DNA of 58,185 nt, filler included, from Sphacelaria rigidula (taxonomy: Eukaryota), in the NCBI GenBank assembly GCA_964200075.2. It is 8 parts of 8 records of this genome, joined end to end, with 100 filler letters (N's around TTAATTAATTAA, not from the genome) between each part and the next. Parts side by side here need not be neighbours in the genome. Positions count along the whole stretch, not along the records: positions 36,431 to 43,615 come from CAXNAA020016076.1; positions 43,716 to 50,900 come from CAXNAA020016077.1; positions 51,001 to 58,185 come from CAXNAA020016078.1; 5 more parts are not named here. One strand, 5' to 3'. The notes beneath the pieces were generated by a model that saw only the letters and a list, made by a program, of their open reading frames with translations, did not search any database and was not told where the DNA came from. Of the stretch, positions 38,594 through 51,159 are shown in pieces (position 1 is the first letter of the stretch; each line of letters opens with the position of its first letter). The position numbers were made by a program, and so were the translations under genes.

Positions 38594-39008
38594 GCGAGAC
38601 ATCTGGCATGGCGACGACATGGCCGGAGACGGCGAACTACGCGCGAACTGGAACAAGGCTCTCGTTCAAGAGCTCGCTGCTAGCTGCTACGCCAGGGTGC
38701 TGACGGCAGCTAAAGACCTACTAGGTGGCGGCGCAGCGTACGAAGCGATATGGCCGACAGCGCCGATCACCCCCGGAAGTATGTGGCGTGGCCTGGCGGA
38801 CTCTCTGATGCGCTTGGTGCGACCCCTCCCCTTACTGCGGAGCAGGATGAAGGGCGGTGCGTGGATATCACCTGAGAAGTGCGTTGTCTGGTGTGAAGGA
38901 GGTGTGGGCGATGGGGAACGCGGGGGCGCCGGTGGAGGTAGGAGCAGCAGCGATCTGGGTGGGAAACGGGAACAGGTTGCTTTGGCGGAAGTGCTGCTTG
39001 CGGAGGAG
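38594..39008 (+). CDS. Sacsin-like protein, exon B
   Basis: RDIWHGDDMAGDGELRANWNKAL continues the sacsin SSNRRDIW motif; donor GAG|GTATGC. Confidence 0.9.
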
Positions 39009-39320
39009 GTATGCGCGCACTGATACCATCTGTTTGACCTCTGTATTAGCCATCGTACGTCGGACCTGTTCTCTGTCGTCATCAGTCGTGTCGTTTCGAG
39101 AAGATGAGTTTGTACCGGAAATAGACTCATTGTTTGTTTGTTTGATTGGTTGTCGCACATTAGGTGATCCTTGAGAGATTCAAACGTGGTCACAAGATAT
39201 CGTGAACTAGATCGGAATGGTGGTATGCAGTTTCTCCTGGTGTCTATTATTCGCCGGGTCACCTCGACGCGTCAAATACTCCCGCCCCCGCCCCCCACGT
39301 ATCGCGTACATTCTGTGCAG

Positions 39321-41345
39321 GTTCCTCTGGTGGAGGGAAGCCGCGAACTACGAACCTTACTCCTCTCTAGCAAATGTGCTACTGCTAGCGCTACACCGGA
39401 ATACGTCCGGAAAATTTTGAAGCAACTCGCTTCCCGCGCACAAAGCGGTGGCGGCGGCGCGGCCGGAGCTAACGGCACCGTTTCCCTTCGAGCAAACAAC
39501 CCCGACGCCCGCAAGTCGTGTCTCCTTCTTTTGCATTACTGCTTGGCCGACTTGGGAATCTCCGGACAAGGGGGGCGGGGCGCGGGTGGTGGTAGGGGGA
39601 GTGAAGGTAGTTACCGCGAGCTAGCGGGATTGCCGCTGGTGCCGTTGGCGGACGGATCTCACGGAGTTTTCAGCAGCCTTGCGGTCGTGGACACCGCGAA
39701 GCTGTCGGAGCTCCGAGCGATGGGATTCAGTGAGGGGCGATCAAGGCAGGCTCTGGTGAAGTACAAGCAGGTGCAGCCGGCGGTGGAGTGGTTGTTCAGC
39801 GGCGGTGGCGAGAGCGACGATGACAACGGCGGGGACGAACAACCGTTTGTACTGTGCGCTCCGGAAGAGGCTCGCTTGCTCGCAGGAGCCACGAGCCGCC
39901 TCATCAGCGAAGCCGCTTTGTCGGAGGAGAACGGCGGGGAACGCGGAGACAGTGGCAGTACCACAGACGTAAATGGCGACGGGCGGGTACTGCGGGCTCT
40001 GAAATCCTCGTCCTTGCAAGCATTGCTCAATGTGACCTCTATACGCGATGAACTTCTCCCGGATTTAATCGGCCAGACGCTCCCGCCAGAGTGGCGTCAT
40101 AGCGGTAGTGGTGGTGGCGTTGGCGGCGGCGGCGGCCTCACCTCTAGTTCCGAGACGGCCTTTTCGTGGAGCCCGCAGCAGGCGGGCCACCCTGACGTGG
40201 ATTGGTTTCAGCGGCTCTGGGAATATCTGGCGGTGACGCGGCCAAGCGCGGTGCGGCTGCTAGCGGAGTCATACCCCGTCGTGCCTACGGGCGAGAATAC
40301 AGTTTGCCCTCTCAGCCTTCGCTCCGCTATCATCGACGGCACTCGTCTGACACCCGAGGTGCGCTCCGTTCTCGTGAAGGTTGGCTGCAGGACTCTCCTT
40401 CCCGGCGTGTTCTCAGGAGGCGTCGATGATGCTCCCGGCAACGGTCCAACGACCGGCGACGGCGACGGCGCCGCCGCCATCGGAAAATCGAGCACGGTGG
40501 TTTCATCGAAAGGGCAAGCTGGCGCTGCCGTTCCGACACCCCGACGTCCGCTGCCTCCTCCGCCGCCGGAACTGTTCGAGTACGTACGGCCGGGCACTCG
40601 ATCCGGCGTGCTGGCAGCGTTAGGAACAGTAGGGCGGAGTGCCGGTAAGAATTTCCGAAAACTGATGAGCGCTGCCAGTGGAACAGAGCGCGATGCGCTT
40701 CGCGAGTTCTTGGCGCGGGAGCCGGCGATCGAGATGTCGGAGACTGAGGTCGAGGTTTGCCGGGCGCTGCCTATTCTACCTCTCCACTCGGACGGTCTTA
40801 TGGCCGCCAAGGCGCTGGCCGATGCGGCAGAGGCAGCGGTAGCATCCACTGCGGCAACTGGAAAAACGAAAGCATCGTCTCGACAATCCCCTTCCCCAGC
40901 CGCCGGCGGTGGCAGTTGTTACGCAGCTGCCGATGAAGGTCCGCTGTACATTCTCCTCGAAGCCGGCAACGGCTTTGTTGGCGTGGGACGAAACACCGCT
41001 ACACAGAAAGACCAATTGCTACCTTCCGGGACGTCAACCTCCCGACAGCAACCAGAGTGGCTTGAAACTCATCTGTTTACGCCGAAATTTCTGAAAATGG
41101 GAGGGGCATCCAGCGGGCGCGGCGGGTCGGCGGAGACCGCATTGGCCGAGCGGCTCGGTGCGGAGTTGATAGGTAGAGCGGTCTTCTTTGTGGATCATGT
41201 GTTTCCCAAGATTTTTGCCCTTCCGGGGGGGTTGCGAGATGCTGCTATGGTGGAAGCGCTGCTGGAGGCGCCGAGATTATCTCAGCAACATGAGGGTTAT
41301 AGGAACGCACTGGCGGCGTTGGCGTTCGTACCAACGGGCACGGTG
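39321..41345 (+). CDS. Sacsin-like protein, exon C (contains a UBA-like domain)
   Basis: TGCAG acceptor, 2-kb open frame and GTGAGC donor; contains LLLHYCLADL and LAGLPLVPLADGS motifs. Confidence 0.9.
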
Positions 41346-41577
41346 GTGAGCATTGTTGTTGTTGATGATGATAATGATGATGATGATAAACCCTTCCCTG
41401 TTTGCATCGTCCCCCACAATGATAGAATCTGCTCCTCACAACCGTGAAAAAACATGCAGAAAGTCAGATCAGATAACCGACACACAGCTGTGAAAAATCT
41501 GGTCGTATTTTCTCGCCTAAACAATGAAAAACTATTGTCGTTCATTTCCGTGCACAACACGTTGGAAAATAACGCAG

Positions 41578-42054
41578 CTGCTGAGACCGGGCCAAGCCTT
41601 TGACCCAGAGGTACCGGAGCTACCTCCCCTCCTCCCAGACTCACGTTTTCCGGTGGGGATCTTCCGAGAGCCGGACGTCCTCGCCGCATTGCGCCCTCTG
41701 GGCCTCAAGGGAACTCTTGATTGGTCAGGGCTGGTGGAAGCCGCCTCTTCGGTGCAGGCGTTACGTGATGGGCGATATGGGGCGAGCGGCGGCGGGACTA
41801 GTGCCACGTCTGCGGCGCCAACGGCGCCTGCGGGACAGGAGGGACCCAGGGAGCAACAGAGGAAGGCGGCGAGGGTCCGGGGTCGCGCGTTACTGACGTA
41901 TCTGGATACGCACGAGACCCGGCTGTTTGACTTGAAGCCGGAGGCGTCGGGGTTTCTGCAGAGGATGTCAAAACTTGTGTATTCGGACGTTGCAGCCGAG
42001 CAGAGGGGGCGGGAGAGGCTGGCGGCTCTCAGCCGACTCATGTCGTTGTCTTGG
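41578..42054 (+). CDS. Sacsin-like protein, exon D
   Basis: CGCAG|LLRPGQAFDPEVPEL...FP...LRPLGLK...W|GTGAGC, phase 0-0. Confidence 0.88.
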
Positions 42055-42497
42055 GTGAGCGGAATTTCAATCCCTTGGACCGCCCGCAGATGAACAACTG
42101 TGCCTGACAATCGTTTTTCAAGTGAAGTTGATGCCGATTCAACAGATCGGATACACCTGGCCCGACAATAGGTTACGCAGACGAAGCGGATACACATGTT
42201 TGTACAACACTCCCTGTGGTTTTTGTTGTTGCCGCCGTTTTGTGGGATCGAAGACGAAAAAAGCACACCTGTTGGCCCATGCGCGTGTTCAGATGTTCGG
42301 TTGAGGCAGCATTAGCCGTAGGATCAGGAGCCTGTAAATCTCACATCAAGTTCTTCATAAGTAGAAAATGAACGGCAGCAGGTATTTCCTACTCACGTGT
42401 TTTTATACCGGGTTCTTACATCATGGGTTCAAGAGACGCAGAGGTTTACCCAAACCTGATGGACCTGCTCAGCTTGCATCCAAAGTGTCGTCTTTAA

Positions 42498-42598
42498 CCT
42501 TCGACCGCGAGGGTAGGTCACGTGCTGAATCGGCATCAATATTCACTTGAAAAAAGTATGCGTGGTCCAGATGGACTACCGGCATCGCGGTCTAAGGG
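42498..42598 (-). mobile_element. Single full-length piggyBac-like MITE in a sacsin intron
   Basis: TTAA-CCTTCGACCGCGA...TCGCGGTCTAAGGG-ATAA. Confidence 0.8.
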
Positions 42599-42719
42599 AT
42601 AAATGTCACGCGTAAATGCGTTATCTTTGCTCAATGCCGCCACTACCTACTAAACTCCTTGGTCCAGCCCCCATCATTGCTGATAATTTTTTCGTAATTT
42701 TCCGGGCGCCCATCTATAG

Positions 42720-42890
42720 GTGCCCGTGCTGGAGTCGATGCCATCGCCCCTTGTACCAACAACATCTGGGTCTGAGAAGGACACATCAAGAGGTGGAGGT
42801 GAAGCCACTGTGGTGACGTCACCATCCAGAGTCCGACTGCGAGAGGATATGTGGGTGTCTTCTAGAATGTTTCACGTCCTCGACGCTGAG
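42720..42890 (+). CDS. Sacsin-like protein, exon E
   Basis: CTATAG|VPVLESMPSPLVP...SPSRVRLREDMWVSSRMFHVLDAE|GTATGT, phase 0-0. Confidence 0.85.
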
Positions 42891-43474
42891 GTATGTGTGT
42901 TGTGGGAGGAGCGATGACGGATGTATGTATGCATGCGTTGGAAGCTGTCGTTTACCAGAACGTACCGTAGTAGCGATTTCCACCCAACAAAGACCAGATG
43001 GTAAACCCCGAGAGTCACGATTTCTGTGTGTAGTCGATTTCAATGATCAAGGGTGACGTTGACTTAATTCAAGGGTGCCTTTGCCCACATGGTGAAAATT
43101 TCAGTCGAGGAGGAGGGGTCCGCAGGCAACGTCTTTGCAGACTTCAGTGATACAGATTGGGAGGCTCGTTTTTTACCCTGGAGAATATGATGTATTTGTT
43201 ATCTTTTTTCCCCGCCGTATTTCCAACTTCTCACCTTCCTCAGGATGAATCCATGAGTGTAAAAGCGCTGCCCCCCCCGCGCTTACCTGACTCGCATTTC
43301 ATCATAGAGGATTGAAACAGCGTGTTCACAAGGTGGCGGGCCAATCGACCTTCTGTCAACCAGTCCGACACCCGAGGCGCGGCCGTTGGTTTTACCGCCG
43401 TAACTCGTTGTGCTCTTGTGTGTTGTCACAAGTAGACTCGTATACGCTGCTAGGCTACGGCAAAGTATGTACCT

Positions 43475-43615
43475 GAGTAATGCTACGGTAGGGGTTGCAC
43501 TTTTTGTTTCTGGGTCTCTTTTTTGTGGAAGCCCACATATATGGTGCTTAAGGTCACACGCGGGGACTGATTCCAGTACAAGTAGGTCTTCTCTGTAGTT
43601 CAATCGGTCTCATAC
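43475..43615. mobile_element. Start of an element with the Sola-like TIR, cut by contig end
   Basis: GAGTAATGCTACGGTAGGGGTTGCAC matches the 57109 TIR. Confidence 0.65.
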
Positions 43616-43715
43616 NNNNNNNNNNNNNNNNNNNNNNNNNNNNNNNNNNNNNNNNNNNNTTAATTAATTAANNNNNNNNNNNNNNNNNNNNNNNNNNNNN
43701 NNNNNNNNNNNNNNN
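43616..43715. other. Artificial contig spacer
   Basis: N44-TTAATTAATTAA-N44. Confidence 0.99.
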
Positions 43716-43912
43716 GAAGTGCTCAGTTTCGGTTTCGTTTTTTTTTCGTTTTTTTTTTTTTAAAAACGACCGAAACCGACCGACTTTTTCGAAAAAAAAC
43801 GAAAAACCGACCGAGCCATTTTCAGCTTCGGTTCACAACACTGGCTGTGGGAAACTCGCATTTGGCTTGGGAACACGTGAGAACTCCGTAGTTTACCTGA
43901 AAAGGTATGTAC

Positions 43913-44165
43913 GAGGCCGCATCTTATGGCAAAAAAAAAACGTAAAACGTTTGAAAACTACCCCCCATTTCGGACAATCTGCGTCATTTCACGACCTTAA
44001 TGAAAGCTACGCAGATATTGACGCCTTGGATTGCCTTGCTACACGCGCTGGGACGGTTCTAGGACACCCTTGCATAGAGGACTTATAGGGCGTACAACGA
44101 CGCAGATTGTCCAAAACGGGGTAGATTTCCAGCATTTATTTGCGTTTGCCAAAAGAAGGACACCT
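43913..44165. mobile_element. Foldback MITE-like element
   Basis: Long imperfect arms including GGACAATCTGCGTC / GACGCAGATTGTCC and TGGCAAA / TTTGCCA. Confidence 0.6.
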
Positions 44166-46261
44166 ACAATAGACGCTGCCTAGACTAGGAAATCCTTGTC
44201 GACTGGAAAGAGCTGTGAGAAATCCCTGTTTGGCCCGTAAACGACAGCGAGAAATCTGTAATTAGGCCAAAAAATCGGCGGGAGATGAGAGGAGAGAGAT
44301 GGGGTGGCTCGTGGGAGAAAGGATACAAGCATCTTGGAATAAAGTGTGACGCTATTGCGTGAAGTGGCGTAAAGAGGGCATCGGCTTTGGCCCTGACCGT
44401 CACTTTTTTTTGCTCCATGTTTGCATTTTCTCCTGGACGTATCTCCGTCAGAAATTGATGATGAACTTTGTCACTCGGACGCAGTCGTCCGCAACTTTTG
44501 TGCCACCCAACATTACCATACGAGGAGTGTTCTTGTACTACTATTGTCGTCTACCTCAACCGAATGCAATACCTCTCGGCGAGGAATTTTCCAAACTCCA
44601 TTTTCTCGACGAGAGGAACCCTGCACTCTCAGTATATCCCGCTTGTGCAACCCCACGCACACGTAGCGACGGCACTTTCCGTTACAAAATAGGTTGATCA
44701 CTTTTCATCAACCGCTATCTTACACCCACGGTTACCTACGAGCTGGGCCGGCCTAGACGCGAATTCATGGTTTGAAGACCCTGTCTCACTTCAATTTTGC
44801 GAATCGGACTTTGAAAATTGGTACGGAGAAGGAATAGGGCACGCTAAGAGCTGTCTATCGGGACCAACAGTTTTTTTCGCCCGTGAATTAATGGCAATAA
44901 TCAGTACCCATTATAGATGTCAGGAAAATACCGTTAACTCACGAACACGTATGAGTCCGGATCGACAGCTTTTGAACGTGCCCTATTCTTCCCCCGCACC
45001 GAATTTCAAAGTCCAACTCGCAAAATTGAGGTGAGACAGGGCGATATAGAAAATGGGTCAGGCGAAAATCGGAACAATATTTTCCGGGCCATTTCTCCGC
45101 CAGGGTTTGGTAATTGTGTTTTGAATCTTTGTGTGGGACCTCGCTTGGCCGTAACGAACCAAAAGAAAGGCATCGGTCATTCTTTCTTTCTTTTTCCCTC
45201 TTCTTCATGACGTTCTAGTATAGTAAAGACCATATTTTCACGAAAACGCCAATATATCGGCATGAAAAAATAATGGAGACCGATTTTTTTCTTCATCCCT
45301 CTGCGACTCTCCACACGAAATTTCAAAGCACAACTCCCCAAAACGCGTTCAGTGCCTCCACTCGAATTGTATTGATTCAAGTATGGAACCGTATGTGCGC
45401 CAACTCCCGAGATAGATGACGAATTAGGTAAAAGTGAGGGTACCGATCGTTTCCCCGTGCTGGAGGGAATGTCCACACCAAAAATCGTCATCATGCGATA
45501 CATCGTTCGGGGTTACAGACTCTAGTATGGTCGATATCTCCGTGCGGTATAGGAATGACTAGAAATGGGATCTAATCAACGAGAAAAAAATGGTCCAGAC
45601 CCTTGAGCACATAGGCACCTTCTCCTTGATAAGACGATGAATTTGATATGCGGATCGCGGCCCAACTCGTCTGTGTCGAGATGGCTTAAATCGGCGTCTA
45701 GGCCGTCCCAGCTCGTACGGAATCGCGAAGAATGATGCAAGTCTGTACATACACGTAGCTTTCGGGGCACTGAGGAATGTCACGATAAAGAGGTTTCTTC
45801 GATCGTAGTTTGAGTCATGCTAGGGGCGAGGGTGCCCTGCAGCTTGTTTTTGGTTGTATTTCGAGCTTCGAGAGATGCGGGGTTGACCGATAGCTAGCCG
45901 TACATATGTCTTCTCTCTGTGAAGCACCGCATAGACAGTACAGTGCAACAGTACAGTAAAGACAACGCTGAGTTGTACTGTACCCACCACCCGCAGGCAA
46001 TAGTAGGGGAATGTTTCAGGAAGCAAAACGCTAGGGTCTACAGATCAACACGCTCGCTTGGAGAAGCCGAAAACAAGGAGAAAACTACAGTGGACGCAAT
46101 CGACTCAGCATTCGTGGTGTCATAGAACGACCTGTCGGTACTTCATCTTGTCAGTCTGCACCCGAGGGCCCGTAGTGCTAGCCTTGCTAGCTGAAAGCAT
46201 TTGGCGGAGCTTTTCTGCCATTGCTTTCAATCACAGCCTATTTTGCGAAGTATATCATCAC

Positions 46262-46327
46262 CTGGTGCTCCCATATACACCACGTGTTCTGAAGAGGGTG
46301 AAGCTGTTCCGAACTACCGTTCACCAT
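46262..46327 (-). CDS. eIF4E-family N-terminal exon (may extend upstream; could be a relic)
   Basis: MVNGSSEQLHPLQNTWCIWEHQ followed by a GT donor; HPLxxxWxxW is the hallmark start of the eIF4E core. Confidence 0.6.
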
Positions 46328-46705
46328 GGTCCCGTTGTTTACTGTTGGTGATCCCTGCTGTCGCTGATATGGTTGCTCGTATCGCAACGAGCGTGGCGCA
46401 GGAGTACTTCTTGAGTTAAGCATTATTGTGGAAACTTTGGTTATTTTCCATGATTAGTATATCATTGTGTTGTACAGCATATACTATATTCCAGAATATT
46501 TGCTTTAGCTTCGGCACGGCGAAGCAACTGAGTGAAACTATTAACTCCTTGATCTTAACTTAAAATTTAATATAATTTAACCGAAGAGTTTCTATGTTTT
46601 CGTCACTCTGAGACGGTAGATTATTGTATCGGTGACCTGTAGGGAACGATCATGGCCAAATGACAGTAGATACAAAAAAGAAAATGACAATAAAAATCAA
46701 CATAG

Positions 46706-46823
46706 ATGGGCGGGATGCAACGGCAGAAGCAGGTGGCTCACCAACCCCAACATTGACGATGGGAATTACGTGGCTGGACGGTCTCGCATAGCCTACAAGC
46801 TGCCGAAGGCAAAGGAGAGCTGA
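46706..46823 (+). CDS. Probable terminal exon of an unknown gene
   Basis: CAACATAG acceptor; WAGCNGRSRWLTNPNIDDGNYVAGRSRIAYKLPKAKES* with mostly G/C-ending codons. Confidence 0.4.
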
Positions 46824-47434
46824 TGTCTGTGAATGGATATCATAATGGTGGATCAAAACAGATGGAGCAACAGGAAGGTGCGCGTGATACCAATTTGAAT
46901 GCCGAATTGCGCAAACATTTGAAAAACGGCGATCCGTTACTCCTGTGTGTCCTACAGGTGATATCAGCGCGCCGCACGGTGTACAGTGTCTAAATGGGCG
47001 CGTGATTTGCCCCATACCCGCACCTCACTCTGCGACCATTCGGCTTGCCACCCGCTGTTTGACCCTTATACTGGGCCCGCTGCATTTGGAGTGCGCCAAA
47101 CATGAGAATTTGTCCTGTCGCTGTCTTTTCTCGCCGTACGCAAACACAAAGCCTGTGAGTGAACCGATTCCCTTGTTCAGCACGCATGACGCGCACATAT
47201 TAAAAGTACGGCGTACAGTACGCTGCGGGTAGGCCTTTACACGGTACGACCGTTCAAAGATTTTGCGCTGCGACAAAATGCGGCGAGACAAGAACAACTG
47301 TTGGTGCAATAAGTAGCAGATACACCCCATTTCTGTTCCTCGTTGGCTTCATCAAGTTATTTATGAGCGAAAGACCGAGGTAGGTACGGTCCCCCATATT
47401 TCAGCCAAAACTTGGGTACAGTTCACAGGAACCG

Positions 47435-47753
47435 TAGGTGAGGTACCGTACCGAGGGTACCCCCGGTATTTACCGTGGTATCTCATGCTGTGGTACGCGT
47501 GGGTCTCGTAGGTATGAGTTCTGAAAATACATTATTGAGCGGGTACGGGAGGTATTGGTATCTCGAAATACCGTGGTATCGTTGGTATGACATATGAAAA
47601 TACCCGACTGGGTCGGTACGTTGAGTACTGGCATCTCAAGATACCGTATCGTGGGTATCGCGGCTATGACATTCGAAAATACCCGATTGGGTCGTTATCG
47701 ATAGGGTATGAGATGTCCCAATTACCGGTACCGGGTACCTCCCTCACCCTCTA
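47435..47753. mobile_element. MITE-like element rich in GGTAC/GGTAT motifs
   Basis: GAGGTACC / GGTACCTC inverted ends and internal duplicated GAAAATACCCGA; no TSD seen. Confidence 0.45.
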
Positions 47754-49689
47754 CGCCGAATTCAAAACTGTCATCCGGCAGTGCGGAGAAGCGTTTCAGG
47801 GCGTGTCTTGATGAAATATATATCGAAAAAATGGGGCGGTAAAAGTAATTTGAGCGAAAATCGCATATTTTCATCGAGTTGGGTTCAATTGGGTTTTCAA
47901 GGTCTCGATAGAAAACAGACGGTGAAATTCGTGAAACGGTACATGGTCACTCGTGTACATTAGTACAGTCTGTACCGTCTACACTGCTTGCAAGCAGTGT
48001 GTCTCGAGTGCGTGTGTGCGTGCTTCGTACAGGAAGATTTTCAAAAGAAGCGAGCAACGCGCAGTCCAGACAGCCCAGGACTATCAGCTCTCTCTGCTTA
48101 TAATGCGACGTGAAAAGGACTTCGACAACGTGCAGCCTTGTACTGCCTGCACTGTCCATGAGCGTGTACGGAACTCGGTTGGTTGCTCACCGTGCCACGC
48201 AGTTCCGTCGCTGATCCTACCATGGAAGAAGATGAGCAAGTTTTTGACAACAAAAAATAACAAAGCATACCCAACTACTGCAGCGTATCTATCCCTGTGC
48301 TCAACTCGTACTCGATGCTACAGGGTTGGGATGGTGGCTGAGAATTAGTTGGATGGAGTTATCATGGTTCTGTGAACAGGTGTTATTTGGCCTGGTGGTC
48401 CGTAAGATGGGAGTCACGTGCCGCTTCATGCCTTTCGACTGCATGTTTCGCTTAGCTCCTTTGTTTTGTAGTTTTTCAGCGCGCGCCACTAATTACAAAT
48501 TTGAGTCGAACCCTTCTAAGAATAGAAATGCGGTGGACCTATCAGATCGAGAAAAAAAATCGACCGCACTTCAGATTTGAACCACCTACGCTGTTACTGT
48601 TGTGTCCCTTTTTCTATGTGCGTGACGACCAGTCCTGTTGTATCCGTTGCTTGGACAACCATCGATGATGCGAAGACCTAGGGCTAGGTGGTTCAAACCT
48701 AATAAGCGCACATTTAGATCACGTAAACAAGACCTCAGGCGCATGGGGCTCACAAAGCACACAGGCACATGAGTAATTTTGTAATTTTGAAGCCGTCACA
48801 TCCATATCTCCTGGAATACCACTCTCGGAACAGAAAAATCGGAACGAAATTCAGCGGGAAATGTCCCGCATACTGCACCCGACATCGTATTCCCAGAAAA
48901 CAGAAAACGATCCCAAGACACCTTTCAAATCAGGTCTCATATCCTGCGGCCTTCATCCAGCGTCAATCCTCAAAGCTTTCATAACCCAGTAAGCCACGCC
49001 AAAAATAATATGCTCCAGATTTTCTAAAGTATACATGAGAAGTATTCCGCTCTTCTTCGGTGACCGTCATTCCAACCCCTGCAAGAAGTACTCGCCACAG
49101 TCAACCCCCCCCCCCCCCCCCCCCCCCCCCTCCTCTCACCCACCCTGGCTCCGTTCGTCGCCCCACCCACACACACACCAACGAAAGGAACCCCNNNNNN
49201 NNNNCCCCCCTGCCTCGTCGCGCAAGGAGAGCGTGGCCTATGGTCAAACGACTAAGGCAAGCAACAAATGAGTACGCCCCCCCCCCCTCCCCCCGCCCGT
49301 TGTTTCATCTGTTTCTTCCAAAACACGGGGGAGGGTTTCTGTTTCCACGAGCAAAAATTTCCGCCCCTGCGTTCTCTACGGAAGGAATGAAGACGAACAG
49401 GCAGTTTTGGGGTTCCACAAGTTATTCTGATGCGCAAGCTGAGAACATGGAGAAGGAACGACAGGAATTTTTTCTGTGTCAGCCTCAAATATACGTTTAT
49501 TTTTTGATGATTTGTCAATGAAAAGCCTCAACACCCAGGGGGCTTGGCTAGCGTTGTTGAGCAAACTAGATGACATCAAGATCGTAGGGATCATTCATTA
49601 GGACCCCATTTCACATCTGGTAGACCTGGGATGTACGGCGAGGACGTTGGAAAGCTATCAACAGTTGAGGCACCTGAACAGCCCCCGAG

Positions 49690-50770
49690 TGTGACATTCA
49701 TAGGAAAATGATTAGTACATTTTAGGCTGATACACACAACTTCCCTGTAGTCCCGTCCCCATGATCTGAGCCTGCGCTTCCGAATGAGTTGTGGGACCCC
49801 ACAACTGCCCGTCCGTTTTCTTTTTTCAGTTGCACACGCCATGCTGCACGAGGTGAACATGCTCGAAATAGTATGTTATTGTCTCCTTCAATGTTCAGAG
49901 TGACGGACAACGAGTGCCATGCGTCCACGTGTGCGTGCAGAATATCCCTCCCATACTGGGCCTCTAGCTCCTCCAGCGCCACACACGGACCACCAACGTT
50001 GATATTTCTCATCGTCGGTACTTCTAGTGGACACCCACTTCAGTCTTGAGTGTCTGGCATTGTTGCTGAATGCATGTTGGACTCTCCCGGCGTGTTCTTC
50101 TCTTGCGGTAAACTTCGAGACTGCTGGTCTGGAACCTCCCGTCAAACTAGTTCCATCCTCATGCGTCCCGCTGTGCATGCCGATGACACCACGGCCTAGG
50201 ACAATATCCACAACCAAGGATTTACCCTCGAGGGGCTCAAGGATATATCGGTGGTTGCGAGTATTGTGTGGGCCGTGATGTCATGGGCATGAATAGTGGG
50301 GTGCATGAGGACGGAACTAGTTTGACGGGAGGTTTCAGACCAGCAGTCCCGAAGTTTACCGGAAAAAAAGAAGACGCCGAGAGATCCCGACATGCATTCG
50401 TCAACCATGCCAGACATTTCGAGAGTGAAGTGGGTGTTGACTAGAGATTCAGACGTTGGTGACCCGTGCGCGGCGCTGAAGGAGGTAGGGGCCCAGTGTG
50501 AGAAGGGTAGTGTATGCACATGTGAGGGCATGACACCTGTCTGCCAGTCTGACCACTGAAATCGACGAATACGCACTGCTTGGAGCACGTTCCCCTCGTG
50601 TCGCATGGCAGTTGCTACTGGAGAAGAAAAAGATGAGGGCGGAGAGTGTTCGTGTTCCACAACTCATTCAGAAGCGCAGGCTCAAAACAAGGGGAAGAGA
50701 CGACAGGGAATTTTTGTGTGTCAGTCGCAATATACGTCAATCCATATTTCATGCTGACATCACCACATCA
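49690..50770. mobile_element. Two inverted, diverged copies of a copia-gag-like relic
   Basis: 49690-50200 is the reverse complement of 50270-50770. Remnant peptides (PKFTGKKE...; DNNILFRACSPRAAW) resemble Ty1/copia gag. Confidence 0.6.
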
Positions 50771-50900
50771 CTTCCGTCAATCACACGTTACTCCTCCCCA
50801 AATAGGCAACTTCGTGAATTCATCTTTCCACTATTAGGAGTAGGAACGGTGCTCCGTCTCGAAAGGGATGCGTGGTCAATGGTCAAATGACTAAGGCAAG

Positions 50901-51000
50901 NNNNNNNNNNNNNNNNNNNNNNNNNNNNNNNNNNNNNNNNNNNNTTAATTAATTAANNNNNNNNNNNNNNNNNNNNNNNNNNNNNNNNNNNNNNNNNNNN
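50901..51000. other. Artificial contig spacer
   Basis: N44-TTAATTAATTAA-N44. Confidence 0.99.
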
Positions 51001-51138
51001 GTAATAGCCAGCGTATAAGAGAGTCTAGAGAGGAAAGGGAGACCCACCTACGACCAGATCCCCGGGAGTGACCGCGGTAGGCTGCTTCGCGGTGAGCCTC
51101 CCTTTCCTCTCTAGACTCTCTTATACGCTGGCTATTAC
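51001..51138. repeat. Perfect ~41-bp inverted repeat (young MITE-like; cut by contig start)
   Basis: GTAATAGCCAGCGTATAAGAGAGTCTAGAGAGGAAAGGGAG (51001-51041) is the reverse complement of 51098-51138. Confidence 0.9.
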
Positions 51139-51159
51139 AGCATGCTGCGTACCATCTGC

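Noticed and set aside
38687..42266. Several long minus-strand ORFs
   Set aside because: Antisense shadows of GC-rich sacsin exons
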